NCBI GenBank assembly: GCA_001949185.1
Contig: BDGG01000016.1
Coordinates: 62,001-126,000 of the forward strand
Length of the DNA: 64,000 bases
Reading direction: 5' to 3'
Source of the DNA: Ramazzottius varieornatus
Taxonomy: Eukaryota > Animalia > Tardigrada
Shown here: positions 54,070 to 64,000 of the stretch, in pieces
Layout: every line of letters begins with the position of its first letter
How positions within the stretch are numbered: position 1 is the first letter of the stretch
The notes under the pieces: generated by a model
The model's database searches: none
Told to the model about the DNA's origin: nothing
What the model saw: the letters and a program-made list of their open reading frames with translations, nothing else
Made by a program: the position numbers and the translations under genes

Positions 54070-57000
54070 TGGCAAGGCCGGAGTACTGGACACAAAGCAT
54101 CGCTGCATTCCAGCGACAGCAGCAGCAGAACATCTACGCTGAACCTTATCAGTATACTACAAGAATTTCTCGCACTCGCTACGAAGCCTTGGGGTCTCAT
54201 TCTCATGTTAACTCTTACCCAACACATCCCGTACATTCGCTGGAAGAGGTAAAATTCTGGCAGCAAAACCAGTATTTTGGTTTGGATTCTGGAATACAGT
54301 CTGGAAGCTCTACACACGTATGTATCATTCTTAGTCAGAAGTGACATTTGACTAGTCGCTCATTTCTGTCAGTCTTCTCTGTGACAGACAATCATTCCGC
54401 ATGACTGAATCTTACATCTTTTCATCCAGAAATGGCGTGCTGCCTGCTTTCGTTCTGTATCTGGTGATGGGATTCATATGTTCGTAGACGTTTCTTCAAG
54501 AAGCTTTCTTGCGTTGCAGGCAGCTCCGTCAGTTTACGGCGACGATCCAGTTAGAGCAGTCTTTGAAGAAATGATGGAAACGGAATACGCTGCTTCCTAC
54601 GAGTTTCAGCAACATGGATACACTCCGGATCAGATGGAAGGTACTAGTTGAATGAATCTGGTAATCGTGTCATGCTGTAGGGAAGCTCGGCCAACAAACT
54701 CATCGAGCTAGTTTTGAAGTGGTGCAGTTTTTCAGTATTATTGGCTGGAAGCGCGCGCCACTTGGAAAAGCGACCCAAACCGAGCTCTTATATGAAACTG
54801 GGTACTGAGGTTCTAATGTAGCCCTCGCTGTTTTTAGATATCGGGAATCAGTACTTTACGACACGTGGACAGCGCGTTCGTGCTGCCATGTTCCCAGAAA
54901 CGATGGACGAAGGCACAGAGATACCAGCAACGCAGTTGACAGAAGAAGAACCGACTGCTGTCGAGAAGCTGGCCGAACCGTCACAACTCCTGAAACACGC
55001 AGTTTCTAACATCGTCAACTACCAGAGCGATGCGGAGAATGCTGTCCGTATCATACCGGACCTCATTCGATGGCTTCAAGACAAAGACGAGGTAAATCCA
55101 GACTCACGAAGAACTACACAGTAGAGTTGAAAATCGGATTAAGAGAAGGAAAAATGAGATCGTTTCCAAGTGGCGCACATGCCCAGTCTTATTGGTTGAA
55201 TGCGTACGCCACTCTAACCGGTCTTGTCAACTTTGGTTGCTGAACTCCCAAATTAATGCCTTTCTGTAGTAACCAAACTGGAATGAAATGAGATGATAAT
55301 ACGGAAAACAACAGACTTTCCGATGAAGTATTTTACGGGCTGTTGATCGTTCCAGGAAGTCGTGAGGAAAACTGCCATGTTTATCCACGAACTGTCAAAG
55401 AAAGACGCCAGTCGTTTCGCGCTGATGCGCGATGCCCAAGTGGTATCTACGCTGGTCAAGGCCATGCAGAACTCTTCCCATCTCAACCCCGCAGACACGT
55501 CTTCCATCAACGACGAAAAGATGCAGTCACTGGGCGCAGCTGCCGGTACCCTGTATAATCTCTCAGCCTTTCCGGAAGGCTTAAGCGCCATCTTCAAGTC
55601 TTACGGCATCCCTTTTCTAATTAAGCTACTCGGGTATGCCTCTTTGTTGAAGCTATTAATCTCTGTTCAATTTGAGGAGTGGATGTAGCCATATAGACTT
55701 GTTATTGAACAGGTTTCCAGCGGAACAAGTTCAGAAGTACGCCTTGGTGACTTTGCACAACCTGATCGAGCACCAAGAAGGTGCCAAGGCTGAGGTCTTC
55801 AGGCACGGAGGTATCCAAGCCATGGTCCCTTTGTTGAGAAAACAAAGTCATCGTCTGGTCACCGTTGTGTGTGACTGCTTAAAGTACCTGACTTTAGGCA
55901 ACCAGGAAGCCAAGGTATCGCTCGCGCTTAGAAACAGATCTCCCCATCGCTGTACAAACTCACCTAACAGCGTTTGAGGCTTTTTCAGGTGATAATCTTG
56001 GCTGCAAATGGACCATACGAGCTGCTGCAGATTATGAAGATGAGCACCTACGAGAAGCTTCTGTACACCGCTTCGTCGGTCCTGAAGGCTATCTCAGTGG
56101 AGCCCCACAACAAGAAAGAAATTCTACGCCACAGTGAGAAAGCTGCATTTCCCTCTTTCAAATTTTTCTAAACTGAAGGTATTTTTGGTCATCGATCATG
56201 TGAATTCTTTGTGGTGGCAGAGGGTTTGGACATCTTGGTCAACTGTGCGCAGATGCGCTCCTTCGAAACTTCCCGTGTTATCACCAATATCCTGTACATC
56301 CTTCGCAACCTGTCGGACATGCTGATCAACGATCCTGACTTCAAAGACAGCAGCTTCGACGGCATCCTCGAGCTGATCGTGCCTCTGCTCGACAAGCAAG
56401 ACGCCGCAGGTCGCCTGCATTCCCAGGTCCTCTGTGCAGCCGGCATCCTCAGTAACCTTACCTGCAACAACCAATCCAACAAGATGAAGGTTAGACTGAA
56501 GAACCTCCGGCGTCATAGGTAGACCTGCAAGAAAAAATGTTTTTCAACTCTATTCCATACAAAAGAGTATAATTGGGAACTATATATATTGCTACCCAGC
56601 AAGATTGTACTCCCAAGTGGCGCATCTTTTCACTGTTGTTGACTGGACGCGCGCGCCACTTGGGGAACGGTCTGGTCCAAGTATTCAGTCTCGAGCATAA
56701 ATTCGGTCCTTTCAATCAATCAAGCACAGCGGTCCACTGAGATTTGATGGTGAAAACAAGCTTTTGCAACTCAGTTTTTATATCAGTCTTCAGTTGACTT
56801 GTGTTGCTTGATTGATCGTTAAGTACGTAAAACGTGCCAAGATTGAATACAACACTGGTCTGGTCGAGTTTGATTGTTTTCCTAAGTGGCGCACATTCTC
56901 AATGGTTTTGGCTAAGAGTGTGCGCGCCATCGGTAGACACGATCTTTTCAGGTGTATTGAGGGAATGAAGGTTTCAAATGAAAAAAGAGCCGAGGGATTA

Positions 57001-58557
57001 AACATAATACGTTTTTTGGTGTATGCATAGGTTATCCATTTGGACGGGATCCCACTGCTGCTGCGAGCCTGTCAGCGCCATCCCAGCCGAGAAGAAATCA
57101 CCGAGCCTGCCATGTGCACTCTTCGGCACATCACCAGCCGCCATCCGGAGTGCGAACAAGCTCGACATCTCGTCCACAACTTCGGTGGACTACAAATCAT
57201 TGCAGGCCTGCTGAACCAACAAAACCCGTGGACCCTGATCAAGGCCATCGTTGGCCTGATAAAGAACGTAGCCGTCGAACGCACCAACCGTTCTCCCCTC
57301 CGACAGCTCGGAGTGGTCAACAAGATGATCGAGTTGCTGTACCAGGCTTACTCTTTTATTCGCGAGGTACGAAAACTTTCATCAGCTAACTACGAAGCCC
57401 GAATTTGGAAAGAAGTAAAATGGGAGTTCGGCATCAAACTCGACCAGATCGCTTTCCCAAGTGGCGCACGCTTCTGATCGGTATCACTGGGAACGTGCGC
57501 CGCTGTGGAAAACAATCTGCTCCAGTTTGTTTGCCAGGTTCCCAAATGACGACTCTCTTCTTACAGTTTTGCTTTCGTAGGCTTCGGGATCTGGACACTT
57601 CAGCACCGACGTTTCTCTGGACAATGTGCGAATGCACGATGTTGCGGAAGCATGTCTTAGCGCTTTATACGAGCTAGCCAAGGACCCGAATAACCGAGCC
57701 ATCATCCGGTCAGATACGAGAGTCATCACCGTCCTGGTTCCGGTAGGTATTGTCTTTTGATATCCCCAGAATCTCTTTTGACCGTCTTCTTCCATCATTT
57801 TAGCTTCTGGCTCATCCCATCGAGAACGTCGTCCGAAGCGCCGTTTCAGTTATGTCCGAGCTTTCGTCAGACAGAGAAGGATGTCAGTTGATCGAACTGA
57901 GTGGCGCAGTCCCTGGTTTGACCAACCTGTTGCATCGTCAGAATGCCCATAACGGAAGCGACTCGATCGGTAAAGTCTCTCCCCAGCTATAATCGATTTT
58001 TCCGAAACTAGAGCTTTATTCTGTAGGAACATACGCTGTTAACACGCTGTACAACCTGGGCGAGATGGAAGGCAAGTCCGTTGACTACCGCAATGGCCTC
58101 CATATCGAGCTGATGGACGTGCTGGCGCAAGGTGGAAATGTGATGTGGGGCTCTGTAAGTCTTTTCAGCAAAGCGCTTAGGGTCATAAGGACTCACTGTT
58201 CTTTGTTTGCAGGGGTCGGAAATGCCTGCTGACTACGACTACCTGTTATCAAGCAACGATTACCCGCACCAGTACCATTCGAGCGGACCACCCAGCGTTC
58301 ACGGTAGCGTCTACGGTACCAACCTTTCAGGTATGGACCAAAGAGCTCAAAGCTGTCAGGTACTAACTGGTGTCATAACGAGCTTGTATCTGGCAGTGTA
58401 TGATCCTGATGGGATGGACGTGTCTCACACTCCGAATCAACAAGTGTGGGAGCAGTACGCTTCCGCCACGCCGATCAACAGCTACGACATCTCCCACAGC
58501 TACCATGGTGCCACGCCCTTACCAGACTCGGGTAGCTGGAAAGATTCCGACGTTTAG
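54070..58557 (+). CDS. CTNNB1: Beta-catenin / armadillo; the start codon may be split with an upstream exon ending at 53575
   Basis: Degron DSGIQSG; [18 protein letters not shown]; [20 protein letters not shown]; ARM repeats [12 protein letters not shown] and [17 protein letters not shown]; C-terminus WKDSDV. Confidence 0.95.
54677..54790. repeat. Palindromic element in beta-catenin intron ~54640-54837
   Basis: GGGAAGCTCGGCCAACAAACTC left arm; cores 54718/54753, 25-nt spacer. Confidence 0.85.
55140..55250. repeat. Palindromic element in beta-catenin intron ~55092-55356
   Basis: Cores 55169/55204, 25-nt spacer. Confidence 0.82.
56592..56690. repeat. Palindromic element in beta-catenin intron ~56490-57030 (first copy)
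   Basis: TCCCAAGTGGCGCA...GCGCGCCACTTGGGG; 25-nt spacer. Confidence 0.85.
56856..56950. repeat. Palindromic element in the same beta-catenin intron (second copy)
   Basis: Core AGTGGCGCAC at 56885 / GTGCGCGCCA at ~56920. Confidence 0.75.
57421..57544. repeat. Palindromic element in beta-catenin intron ~57367-57580
   Basis: Ends TGGGAGTTCGGC...GCCAGGTTCCCA; cores 57460/57495, 25-nt spacer. Confidence 0.88.
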
Positions 58558-61500
58558 TTAGACTAAGTTTTCATTACCATTCGCTCGAGTGCCTCGTTGT
58601 TTTCGTTGAGCCATTCGATGAGCCATTCGATGAGCGCAGACGGACTGGGTAATTTATGACGTACCTGTGCTTCCCTTCGAAAGGGAATCCTTGTTGATTT
58701 TGGCCTCAACCTTGTTATCCGCCTTATCGTTATACTTAAATTCGTAGTCGTCTAGATCTTCCTGTTGAACAGTTCTCGTATGAATCTCATTTTTGGTGTT
58801 GGATTCTCGTCTTGGTGGTTTTGTATACTTTTGTACCATTAGTTTTGTCGGTTTTGTATCCCCACTTCGTGCCGTTCGTGGCATTACCTAATTCGTCTTG
58901 GACGCTAACCTTTTTAGTTTTTTATTGCTCTTATTTCAACTTGTGTTTTGTTATTCTATCCATCTTAACTTCTATTAAATTTATCCCCACAACCTCTTTG
59001 TAGTCGACTGGCCTCTGAAACAAGATAACTTAAATAAGCGAAACGGCTTAAGTGGCTGGAACTTGAAGGGAATTCCGGAAGATGGCGTCAAGTCGGCGGA
59101 AGCTTGCGGTTGGGCGTCTTGGAAATGCGATTGCTTTTGTTCGTTTAAACTGAGGAGATTTTTTTCAGGTTATTCGTAGCTTCTCAAAGTAGAAGGAACG
59201 AAACTGACTATAAAGGTTTGTGTAAGACAGTTTCCGGGAGCTCCTTTATACGAAGTATTTCCGACTTGTTGGGGAGCAGGAAGGGCATATAGTACCTTGT
59301 GCGGTGAGTTCTCCACTACATATCACATCCCGGCAGAATATTTTTAAAAGTTCTTTTGGAACTACGTGTGATAAGCATGCTGTAATTTGAAGGCCACAGC
59401 ATGCATGCTGTTTCGCGGAAACGGTGCTTATCGATCAATAAAAACCTGGCTAGCCAAGTGCCGGAAGAGCCTCTCGCTCCTCAAGCTTCCATTCAGTGCA
59501 CGTGCGCTGAGGTCGAGGGCTAATGTGAGAGAAGCACCTCTGATACGAGAACGAACGGAAAAACCGCTTAGACGTCACCGATTAGGCCAAAGCTGTATTT
59601 GGATACGGTTGATTGAGCTCCTCCTGGAAAAGCAGGCGAGGTAACAGGTAGACGAGGACCCAATGAGTTCCACGCATATCGATAGATGAGACTTTCTTCC
59701 CCAGTGGTAAAAGACCCTTCAGGCTTCTCGTTCGTGTCTATCTTCTCGTAATGCATGAACAATCGATAGATGCTCATATTTAGCTGATTATTAGTTGATG
59801 TGGAGGAATTTCCCGCGTTTGATCGTCCCATGCTATACCGCGCACCGTATGTTGCAATTCGTTGCAGGCTCCAAGGATCACCTCAAATTATCGGGAGAGA
59901 CCATCGATGACAGTCATGCCAAGCAAAGTACGTCTGTACCGCAACAAGATTTTTCTTACGTAACACATGGTTTCCGCACGTGACACGTTTTCCCAACGGT
60001 AATTTTCTTACGTTTACCACAGTGCCGTCACTGCGCCATCGTAAATTTCTCCTTTCTTTCTTGCAGACTGCTATCGGTTTCCTCGCACTGGGCGGATAGA
60101 AACAAGCCGATAACGGGTGTTTCGTCTTTGACTGCATTTCGTTTTTATTTTGTTAAGACAAGTTTATTCTTGTCGCCAAGCTGTATCTATCTAGTGCTTT
60201 TCTTGAGGGATCGAAAATTAGCCGGCTGTCGTTTTTGCTACCCCACTAATGCCAGTAAGCAGCGACTGTGTGTGTACTATACGTTTTCGCCCCGTTCTGG
60301 GAGCATCTTGAAGACAGCTGGCCGCGGGACGTCGTTGAAGAAGAAAGCCCGGAGGTATTAATTTGATTGTCACCGGTAGCGGAGGACTAACCGGAAGCAA
60401 AGGTAAGAATTATGCACAGCTAGTTGGAAGTGGCCAGGAGAAGCAGCAACGTCGTCAAAGATTTTTTCAACGTTACAGCAGCCACATAATTTAGCATTAT
60501 TTCATAGTCGACGGAAGTTCTCGAACTCGAAGCTAGTTTGTCTGGTTCTTAGCTAAGTCAACTATTTGCTGGCTTTTCTGTATGAAATTCGGCGAAAAAG
60601 TTTTGGCTGCTACCTTTGACGGGACGGTCATGCTTACGAAGCTGGATGGCACTGTAACCATCAGCAATTTATTAGCTGTTCAAATCCAACATTTTGACGT
60701 AGGTCCAGCACCACTTCAGACTTCTTTGAAACTTTGGAAGCACGACTTTGTTAGACAGACAGCCGTTGCCTTACACGTGTGTTATTCGACTCGCTTTTTA
60801 ATTCCTTGTTGATTTGTCTGTTTTCCCTTAACACTCTGCGTACGACCGTCCTCTTTGTGTATACAATCACTCAGTTTTATTCACCTCCCAGTTTTAGCTC
60901 TTGGTCTTTCGGGTCTGGGTCTTTTTGTTTGCATGTACCTCGGTCTTCTCACCGAAGCAACACTAATGACCAGCGGTCAGCAGAGCCCCAGCACGCTGGA
61001 AATTGTTTCTACGGTTTCGGGTGGTTTTGGCGAAATTTGGTGTTTCGTCTCTTCCCGCGAGACACGTGCACGGAATTCGCTTAGAAAAAAACTGGAGCAC
61101 TGGGGACAGTCTTATCTATCGAAGCCGAGCCTGGGATAAATTTTGTAGTCATCAGTGCGGTCAGAAGAAAATCAAGACGACCAGTTCTCCCTTTTGAGAT
61201 TTGGCGTTCATGGCCTGTCAATTATCCGAATTTTGGAATTTCGAAGATTGCCTATTGGTTTGACCAGCCTCCGCAACACGGTACCAGCCAATAAAATTCC
61301 TGTATACACAAAGAGGACGGTAGTATTCTGCAAACATGAAAACAATCGTGCAGAAAGTGTTAAGATGAAAGTAATATGACGTGATTTCCTTGCAGGCGCG
61401 AGTATTGAATTGTTTTCCTGGCACTTTCCCGTGGGGAACCTAGACCGGTAAGTATCCGCCTGCCATTCTGTTGATTCTACGCTCGCGCCTCGTCGAACCG

Positions 61501-62778
61501 AAAGGTGAGCTTCGTGTTAGAATGCCAGTTTATTGTTTAGATGCGTATTTCAGGAGTTACAGAGGCTATAGGAGCAGGACGCAATTGTAACGAAAAAAGC
61601 AAACTAGTTCGCTGGATCAGAGAGGTGTTACGCAGGCATCAGGCAGTTCGATTGATTACACGGTGAGCATCATAAGCGAAAGGGTATTCCCATTGAGCCT
61701 CTATAGAAAGGTCTTGTCGATGATGGCTCCCTACCTAAAGACACAGGTATGTGGGGAACCTTGCTGGGCTGCGCACCGGTTCCCATAACACACACAGATC
61801 TGATTCAATAAGCTCATGCAGGTGTGATTGATTTGCGAGACGCAGACCGGTGAAAAGATTTGCAAGAGCTATCGGAGAACTATCTAAGCGCTGTGGGTGA
61901 CGCTCGATTGTGGAAGCAAACTTTGTGATTTCTTGGATGCTTCGAGATATCGCAAGATCCCACAGACGTGTCCATCAACACGAGATTTACCTCGATGAAT
62001 CATGAATGAAGCACCCCAGTACCAGTGACGCAAATAATTTTTACTAATCACTGCGACAAAACCGGCGTCGAAGTTCTGTTTCGACGACAAAACAATTCGC
62101 TTTAATCCCACGCTTCACAGAAACCTTCTCAAAAAAAGTCCTGCTATGTGTAGGTTTGACAAAGAATGCTCACTTAGGCAATCCACGACTGGTTTGGTAC
62201 TTCCGGGATGATACAGTTCGATTTCTTCCGTAATGGCTGGGGATCCTTCTGACAAGGGATTTACGCCAGTCGGTCCACTCCAACTCTAAAAGCAATAAGA
62301 TGGAAAATTAGAAAAGGGTTTACTCCATAAAACAGAGCGGACGGTATCGGCGGAACTAATTCCTGGACACCACTGCGAAATTAGGGAACAGAAGAACTAT
62401 TGTCGTACACTAGCGTACAAGTCTGGTGCAATGACGTGATACTCTTGATTGAGACTTTTTCATCGACAATGAGGTGAACAGCTGATCGGACTTGACGTCT
62501 TGCCGCTCCAAATTGCGCACGATGAAGTACTTCAGCTACAAGACAGCAAGCTGACAACACACTCTTCGCCGATCAGCCGATCACTTCCTTCTCAATCAGG
62601 AATCAAATCAAAGTGCATTACGTCGAAGCGTTTGGTTACGTCGTTGGGACGGAGCCGTACGGCCATTGTATCCCTGTTCCCGAATTTTGTAGTAGCGTCC
62701 AGGAATTATTTCCGCCGATGCTGCCTGCCTCTGTTTATACTACTTATATAGCGAACTGGTTTCAGAGCTGGAGCGTCT

Positions 62779-62997
62779 GAAGGCTCGGCGAACTAAAATA
62801 AGCCGCTTTCGCCGTTCTTAGCCGTGGCTAAAAGTATTTTAGCCGCGGCTAAAGCAGCTANNNNNNNNNNNNNNNNNNNNNNNNNNNNNNNNNNNNNNNN
62901 NNNNNNNNNNATTTTAGCTGCTTTAGCCGCGGCTAAAATATTTTCAGCCACGGCTAAGAACGGCTAAAACGGCTTATTTTAGCTTCGCCGAGCCTTC
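62779..62997. mobile_element. Foldback/long-inverted-repeat element spanning the N gap, nested in the TIR element
   Basis: ~80-bp arms GAAGGCTCGGCGAACTAAAATAAGCCG...TAGCCGCGGCTAAAGCAGCTA mirrored on the other side of the gap. Confidence 0.75.
62861..62910. other. Assembly gap (50 N)
   Basis: Run of n. Confidence 1.
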
Positions 62998-63415
62998 TAT
63001 ATTGGAGTGGACCGACTGGCGTAAATCCCTTGTGAGTACCACTGTATATACGAAAGAATGGTGTACTTGCCTATAATGCACCGAGAAACTCATCGAAACA
63101 GTTTGTGATGAGATGTGTAAAATTAGACGTCTTGGATGAAGGGTTTCACCTCGAATCCATGATCAGGATTCAGGATGATGAGAGCCCGTCCAATTTGCCG
63201 CGTTCGTAAATATTAGTTTATCCCTTACGGCTCACCGTGCACTGAGGGCGTCACCGGAAATAAACTTGAAAATTATTACGGACTGCGCTACTGTGTCAAG
63301 CAGTTGGATACATGCATCAGCTGAACATGCAACATTGCGGTCGTCGAACTATTATTAACACCGATACATGAACATCGCCCTATTTTTGTGAACATCTTCC
63401 TTTGGTATTTTGCAG

Positions 63416-64000
63416 GAGGACCAGCGGTAGCAAGGTTAGACCCTCCAGTGATTGGATTGCCCAGACCGGGTATCGTAAATTCGGAATGCAAACCAGTGAT
63501 GGTTCTCTGGTCCAAGCGAAGAAACCCGATACGGTCGATGTCCGCACCAGCGCCTATCCCTTCCTGGACAGTCTATGCAGGGTCTGCAAATCCCCATCGA
63601 CCGGAGTTCATTATGGAGTCTCTACGTGTGAAGGTACGGACCCGGCGAGACGCGGAAGTTATTGGTTTTGGCTTTAGCATGCGTGATGTTCGGAGAGATA
63701 ATCGCGTATCTTTGTCATTGCAGGCTGCAAGGTGCGGATTGTAATGGATAACAACGAGCAAGAATTGTCAGAATGGCCTGACAAATTAGTGGATTTTCTG
63801 ATTGTTCAAAGCATTGTTACCGATTTTATAAACCGCGTGTTTGATGATTTTCAGACATGTATGAAGTATCTCTATCTTTTTCTTAGGGCTTCTTCAAAAG
63901 AAGTATTCCTAAATGTCAGCATTACAAGTGCTACTTCGGTGGGGACTGCGATATTACGAGGGAAACGAGAAATCGATGCAAGTCTTGCCGGTTCCAGCGA
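63416..64000 (+). CDS. Nuclear hormone receptor DNA-binding domain (partial; P-box CEGCKG)
   Basis: [28 protein letters not shown]...CYFGGDCDITRETRNRCKSCRFQR, joined from exons ending at 63633, spanning 63724-63731, and starting at 63887. Confidence 0.9.

Larger units (their letters stand above)
62253..63032. mobile_element. Non-autonomous TIR DNA transposon (31-bp perfect TIRs, 3-bp TGA target-site duplication)
   Basis: CAAGGGATTTACGCCAGTCGGTCCACTCCAA at 62253-62283 is the exact reverse complement of 63002-63032. TGA flanks both sides (62250-62252 and 63033-63035). Confidence 0.8.

Noticed and set aside
57899-57910. GAGTGGCGCAG as another element copy
   Set aside because: It lies in a beta-catenin exon (LSGAV), has no partner half-site 25 nt away, and has no arms.
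58608-58635. GAGCCATTCGAT tandem duplication in the beta-catenin 3' UTR
   Set aside because: A simple 12-nt slippage duplication with no evidence of function.
59000-62250. Short ORFs upstream of the nuclear receptor
   Set aside because: No homology recognised; probably promoter, 5'-UTR or intron sequence of the receptor gene.

Overview
Gene-dense, intron-containing animal genomic DNA with short GT-AG introns; the compactness and gene set resemble a tardigrade or similar ecdysozoan, but the species cannot be fixed from sequence alone. About 15 spliced genes can be reconstructed, in order: MEK1/2 (partial), MPG, GET4, CERT1, ABHD17, a ~4,180-aa HYDIN-like gene, PP1-beta, a minimal bromodomain/BET-like gene, TTC8/BBS8, a possible membrane-protein gene, an RNase H1-like gene, SNX3/12, Nova/pasilla, beta-catenin and a nuclear receptor (partial). 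The main unexplained signal is a ~110-190 bp palindromic element with core CAAGTGGCGCAC-N25-GTGCGCCACTTG. It occurs at 18 loci (21 hairpin units); 17 loci are inside introns, including at least 6 of the 7 HYDIN introns. The 25-nt spacer length is conserved while its sequence drifts. Other notable items: a catalytically dead RNase H1 with two hybrid-binding domains; a mini-BET protein with one bromodomain plus a BRD4-type C-terminal motif; micro-exons in Nova KH1 (next to a YCAY cluster) and in the nuclear-receptor P-box; and nested inverted-repeat elements around the assembly gap. All exon models were read manually from splice signals and reading frames and are not expression-validated.
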